Assembly (NCBI GenBank): GCA_963796215.1
Contig: CAWCKU010000001.1
Coordinates: 127,032-191,031 of the forward strand
Length of the DNA stretch: 64,000 bases
Origin: an uncultured delta proteobacterium
GTDB taxonomy: Bacteria; Desulfobacterota; Desulfobaccia; Desulfobaccales; 0-14-0-80-60-11
Direction of reading: 5' to 3'
Below, one piece after another: positions 59,804 through 64,000 of this stretch. Under the pieces are notes generated by a model. The model saw nothing but the letters and a program-made list of their open reading frames with translations. It was not told where the DNA came from and made no database searches. Numbering within the stretch: position 1 is the stretch's first letter; each line of letters begins with the position of its first letter. A program made the translations under genes and the position numbers.

Positions 59804-60521
59804 ATGAGACGACCTCTGCCCAGCCACCTGCTGCTGTTGGCCGTATGGTTTAGCTGCCTGGGTGCCACCGGGCAAACCGCCGAACCGCCCGCCACTGCCC
59901 CCACCATCGCGGTGGAGGCCGAAGGCAAGGTAACCGCCGTGCCGGACCTGGCCCTGCTGACCCTGGAGGTGGCGAACAAGGCGCCCCAGGCCGCGGCCGC
60001 GGCCCAGGAGAACAGCCGCCGGGCCGACGGCCTCCTGAAGGCTCTCAAGCAGGGGTTCTCCCGAGGATCAGGTGAAGACCCTGGGCTACCGCCTCTCGCC
60101 GGTTTACGCGGCCAATGACAAATCCAGCCCCCCGGAAATCAAAGGCTATCAAGCGGTGCACCGTTTTCAGGTCAAGGTCAAGGGACCGGACCGGCTGGGC
60201 GCGATCATCGACCTCGCCCTGAAAAACGGCGCCTCCGGGGTTAGCGGCCCTGTTTGGGCTCACTCCCGCCTGGAGGACTTGCAGCGGGAAGCTGCGGTGG
60301 CGGCCCTGGAACGGGCCCGGCGCCTGGCCGAAGCCCTGGCCCAGGCCCAGGGCCTCAAGATCAAAGGGGTGGAAAAGATCTCCACCGGCCTGCAGTATCA
60401 TCCTTACCGGGGCCAGGGAGAGGCTCTGCGGATGGGCGCTGCCGCGCCTACCACTCCCATCGAGGTGGGGGAAGAGGAGATCAAGGCCAGCGTTCAGGTG
60501 GTATTCCAGTTGAAACCGTAA
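59804..60521 (+). CDS. SIMPL (DUF541) domain periplasmic protein, one frame disruption
   Basis: A signal peptide is followed by TIAVEAEGKVTAVPDLALLTLEV. Pieces 59804-60118 and 60072-60521 (..GYQAVHRFQVKV..IEVGEEEIKASVQVVFQL) change frame near 60050-60075. Confidence 0.8.
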
Positions 60522-60611
60522 CCCTCCCGGCCCGCGGTCTATTGGAGCCGTCCTTTACAACCGACCGCGGCGGGGTTATTATTAATGGATATTACGTAAT
60601 GGAGGACGTCC

Positions 60612-60839
60612 GTGGAAGATCTGAAGAAATCGGTGGAACAAGCCCTGGCCAAGATCCGCCCCATGCTGCAACGGGACGGCGGGGATATTGAACTCGTCGA
60701 AGTGACCGACGGCATCGTCAAGGTCCGGCTCACCGGCGCCTGCAAGGGCTGCCCCATGTCCCAGATGACCCTGAAGCAGGGGGTGGAAAAGCTCCTGTTG
60801 AAGGAAGTTCCGGGACTCAAGGAAGTCCAGGCCGTGTAA
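60612..60839 (+). CDS. NifU-like C-terminal domain (Nfu-type Fe-S scaffold) protein
   Basis: IRPMLQRDGGDIELVEVTDGIVKVRLTGACKGCPMSQMTLK. An out-of-frame ATG at 60599 may be the true start if another indel is present. Confidence 0.8.
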   Translation: MEDLKKSVEQALAKIRPMLQRDGGDIELVEVTDGIVKVRLTGACKGCPMSQMTLKQGVEKLLLKEVPGLKEVQAV

Positions 60840-60982
60840 GTTGGCAGGGGAGAGGGTTTGGCGATCCCTGGGTCGCTAACCCCGCTCTCCAGAAATCGGC
60901 CGGCCGCGGTCGGCTCCGGGCAACATTTTGGGCTCCGGCCGATCTGGACTTCCTGGGCCCCAGGCCGCCGGCGCAATTCTGC

Positions 60983-61012
60983 TTGACATCACTCGTTAAG
61001 CCGACATAATAA
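60983..61012 (+). promoter_or_regulatory. Sigma-70-like promoter of tRNA-Ala
   Basis: TTGACA (60983-60988), an 18-nt spacer and TAATAA (61007-61012). It lies 8 nt before the mature tRNA 5' end. Confidence 0.5.
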
Positions 61013-61020
61013 CAGCACGT

Positions 61021-61096
61021 GGGGATGTAGCTCAGCTGGAAGAGCGCCTGCTTCGCATGCAGGAGGTCAGGGGTTCAAGTCCCCTCATCTCCACCA
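61021..61096 (+). tRNA. tRNA-Ala (anticodon CGC), CCA encoded
   Basis: Acceptor GGGGATG/CATCTCC includes the G3:U70 Ala identity pair. D arm is GCTCAGCTGGAAGAGC. Anticodon stem-loop is CCTGC-TTCGCAT-GCAGG. T arm is AGGGGTTCAAGTCCCCT. The 3' end is ACCA. Confidence 0.95.
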
Positions 61097-61111
61097 ACAG
61101 ATTTCAGCTAG

Positions 61112-61780
61112 TTATGGCCTATGGATTCTCATAGGCCTTTCTTTTGTGTGTGACTCCATGTGAGACTTTTCTTCCAGGCTCGCCATCACATCCCGTAGTT
61201 GCGGATCGATCACCTGTAGGTATCTCTCGGTCGTGGCCTTGCTCTGGTGCCTGAGCAGGCGGCTGACCTGGGTTATCGAAAACTTCTGTTTGTCGGCCAG
61301 GTAGCTGGCCACATAGTGCCGGATCGCATGGAAACCGAAATGCCTGACGCCGGCCTGCTTGCATATGGTACCCATGAGTTTTGGCCGGTGCATGTACCTG
61401 GTGCCGGTTTTTGGGTTCAGGAACACCCATTCATTTTGGCTGCGCTTTTGCCATAGCTGCTGGAGAGTCTCGTAAAGAACCTCATTCATCGGCAGCTTAT
61501 CCCAGGCCCAGGAGCCATCCCGGCGTTTGCGGGTCCAGAGCCGGACCGTTCGCTCCTGGAAGTTCACATCTTCCCACTTCAGCCGCAGGATTTCATCAAC
61601 CCGGGCCATGGTGTGGTAGATGACCAAGAGTAATGGCCTTTCCGGACCAGCCGCCAGGATTATCTTGGCCATCTCTTCAGGCGTGGGTATCTGCCTTTGG
61701 AACCTTGGCTCCGGCATTCTCTCCAGGAAATGACATGGGTTTTCACTTATGAGCCGCCGCCGATAAGCCCAGGTAAACAA
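61112..61780 (-). pseudogene. Tyrosine recombinase/integrase, catalytic domain only (N-terminally truncated)
   Basis: 222 aa carrying the catalytic R (MARVDEILRLKWEDV), HAIRH and ..TTERYL (Tyr nucleophile). No arm-binding or core-binding N-terminal domain is present. Its 3' end lies 16 nt from the tRNA-Ala 3' end. Confidence 0.75.
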
Positions 61781-61862
61781 CGCACCGGATTACCGCGGCC
61801 GTGGGCCGATACCCCGACTTCATCGATGGTTGAGGTGACGATCGTATTGCCGATGACATCGC

Positions 61863-62493
61863 TCAGATGATAGAAATATTACGTTGACCATTTACAATTG
61901 CAATATCGCTCACCGTATTGCCGCTGATCAATCCGCCGCCATAAATACCGGTTGGACAATTGGTAACGCCACAACCGCTGACCGTTCCAGACAAAACCAG
62001 TATACCGATGTTGCAGGAATCGGCGATGCACCCCTTGACCTGGTTGCCGCCGCCACTGGCCAATGAGATGCCGGTTAGACTACAATTTTCCACGCGTAGA
62101 TTCAGGGCACGGTTGTTCCGGGCATTTGCCGCGGTGCCATCTAAAAGGCCATACTGCCAGCCGGTCAGGTTGCCGTTGCGCACCTCCACGTTTTTATGCC
62201 CGGTCGTGCCGTCGTAGAGATAAATCCCAAAACCGCCACTGCCAGAGCCGCTGATGCGAAACCCCATCAGGTCGAGGGTGACATCGTCGCTGGCCACCGT
62301 GATCGCGGTGCCCATGCCGGAGTAGGAAAGGTTGCCGGTGAGATAATAAAAGCCGGATTGGAGATAGTGTAAGGGAGGCTGGTGATCCTGGTACCCACTC
62401 GCCCCCGGCGATCACGTAAAAATCCTGCGTCCAGGCCGGCTGGCCCCACAGTACCGCCCCCACCAAAGCCAACAACCAGATTTTTTTATTCAT
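61863..62493 (-). CDS. Secreted right-handed parallel beta-helix repeat protein, frame-disrupted
   Basis: Signal peptide MNKKIWLLALVGAVLWGQPAWTQ (62194-62493 piece). The 61863-62315 piece reads AITVASDDVTLDLMGFRISG..NVEVRNGNLTGW... A further beta-helix-like frame continues to about 61745. Confidence 0.6.
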
Positions 62494-62827
62494 GAAACCA
62501 ACCCTCCTTGTGATTTAAAATAATGATTATTTACAATATAGATAACTGCTTTAGGGAGGGAATCAATGCGCTAAAGGGCGTGGCCGCAACGACCCCAGGG
62601 GCCAAGCATCAGGCCAGGGGTAGGAACCGGGGGCAGAGGGCGGTAGTCCAGGCGTTCCACCGTAGGAAGGATTACCGGCGCGCGAGAGGATATCTTGCCA
62701 AAAGGGTAACTTATCGCTGGGGTGGTAAAAATGATAGATATGATCAGAATAGGTTGAATTTTTAGCCAGTTGATAAGTCGCTAAGAAGGTCTCAGACGGT
62801 CCTCAAGACGTCTGCTCCCACGATTTG

Positions 62828-63795
62828 TTAGGCAGATTCTTGCTCCATGCCAACCAGAGGCCTACGGACTTTTCCTTTGAGCGTAGCGGGTCCATAGACT
62901 AGTGTCACCACAATCGCGATTATTGCCAGCCACACGAATTGATAAGTCTTGAGGTCTCCGGGCAGACGCAGAAACTCAAGGGTGAAGTTCATCATGAAGT
63001 GAAATAGGATCGCAGCAAGTGTGCTACATTGCGTGTTGTTGTAGATCCATGTCATGACCACGGCTGTTGCCAAGATGCCCGGTCCCATTGATACCCAGAA
63101 CTGCGTTGACCACAGTGGGAGTACTTCCGACAGCAATGAGCCACGCATGAAGAATATCGGCATGTGCCAAGCTGCCCAAATCACCCCCAAGACAAGACTG
63201 GAGGCTAGTGCATTCCATTTTCTTTGGAGACGGTCTAAGGCGTAGCCACGCCAGCCAAGTTCTTCGGGGATCGGTCGATATATCATTGTCACTATTGCGA
63301 ACGGTATCATGGTCAATGGGTGGGTTACATATCTGACCGCGGTATCAACCGCAGGTATGTTCCCCTTGATCACAAGTCCCGTCAGAATAGCCAGGACGCT
63401 GCAGACAGGCGCTATCAATATGATGATTGCGTACCATCTTGGTCCTATTCGCTTGAAGTTAGTCAGTCGGCTCCAATACTCCCGCCGTTCTTGTTGGTCA
63501 CCTGTGAGACAGGTTAAAAGTATCGCCGAGACTGCCGGCCCAAAAATGCCGATGATAAACAAGACTATTCCGGAGTCACGGAAATGTCCATTCCTGTCAA
63601 CACGACTGGGATCCAGAACAGCCAAGACCATCCGAGAGCCAGTATGAAGTAAGGCCATGGGCTTGTCTTCCAGTCCGGTGCAGACGTTGTTCTCAAGTCA
63701 TCACCTTTCTCACCAGCTTCGCCAGTTCTCGTTTGGATAAGAGAAATGCCAGTTATGATCCGGCATGTTGTCCACCCAGGAGTTGGGATCACCAA
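62828..63795 (-). CDS. CPBP family intramembrane glutamic endopeptidase (CAAX protease-like), one frame disruption
   Basis: EELGWRGYALDRLQ and VIWAAWHMPIFF motifs with multiple TM segments. The N-terminal piece 63565-63795 joins 62828-63658 near 63590-63660. The exact start is uncertain. Confidence 0.7.
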
Positions 63796-64000
63796 TTCTT
63801 TTCGGCAGTGGACGGCGCGACGGCGAATTTTTTATAGAGCTCGGGAGCCAGGGCCTGAAAGGCTTGATCGGCCTGTTCCGCCGATGTTGGTGACGAGAAC
63901 CGTGGCGAAGTCGCGTTGGGGGTCGAGCCAGATTTGGGCTAGGTTTTTGGTATTGGAGCCGCTGTGGGTTATAAGGCGGTTGGGTGTCCAGGCAACCGTA
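63789..64000 (-). CDS. Serine hydrolase (beta-lactamase family), C-terminal end only, one frame disruption
   Basis: My own translation of the minus strand gives ..TPNRLITHSGSNTKNLAQIWLDPQRDFATVLVTNIGG / EQADQAFQALAPELYKKFAVAPSTAEKNW*. Frame change near 63880. The gene continues beyond the window. Confidence 0.55.

Overview
This is a high-GC chromosomal segment (about 60-65% G+C by eye). It most likely comes from a sulfate/sulfite-reducing member of the Desulfobacterota, an inference from dsrC, cooS, several sigma-54 two-component modules and Tat/polyferredoxin genes. I can support about 50 protein genes and one tRNA.

**Main gene content**
- Housekeeping block on the minus strand: ftsH-folP-cdaA-cdaR-uppP.
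- Two sigma-54 signalling modules: HK/NtrC-like, and HK/NtrY/NtrX.
- Envelope redox cluster: Tat-DUF362, NapH-like polyferredoxin and Tat-aldo/keto reductase.
- Also dsrC, a B12-radical SAM gene, a GlcD-like oxidase, cooS, an FGE-domain/adenylate cyclase pair, addB-addA, a second ftsH, a Phd/RelE toxin-antitoxin pair, a GGDEF cyclase and a CDF transporter.
- tRNA-Ala(CGC), followed by a decayed integrase island.

**Most interesting observations**
1. A candidate GEMM-I (cyclic-dinucleotide) riboswitch lies on the minus strand at 18364-18473. Its closing strand is shared with a terminator, and it sits ahead of an unknown 110-aa gene.
2. A roughly 640-bp hairpin-dense non-coding gap at 34.2-34.9 kb is bracketed by purine/pyrimidine-tract inverted repeats.
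3. A 63-nt copy of the radC 3' end flanks a 2.7-kb autotransporter gene.
4. A lower-GC, multiply disrupted Mrr-like nuclease block lies at 40.1-41.3 kb.
5. A phage-like islet with two excisionase-type HTH genes and a repeat-dense control region lies at 24.7-27 kb.
6. Two palindromic REP-like repeat families are scattered through the intergenic regions.

**Caveat**
At least 35 frame disruptions are visible, about 1 per kb in the first 24.5 kb. Several sit at homopolymers. I read them as assembly or sequencing indels rather than biology, so many CDS spans below are joined across frame changes.
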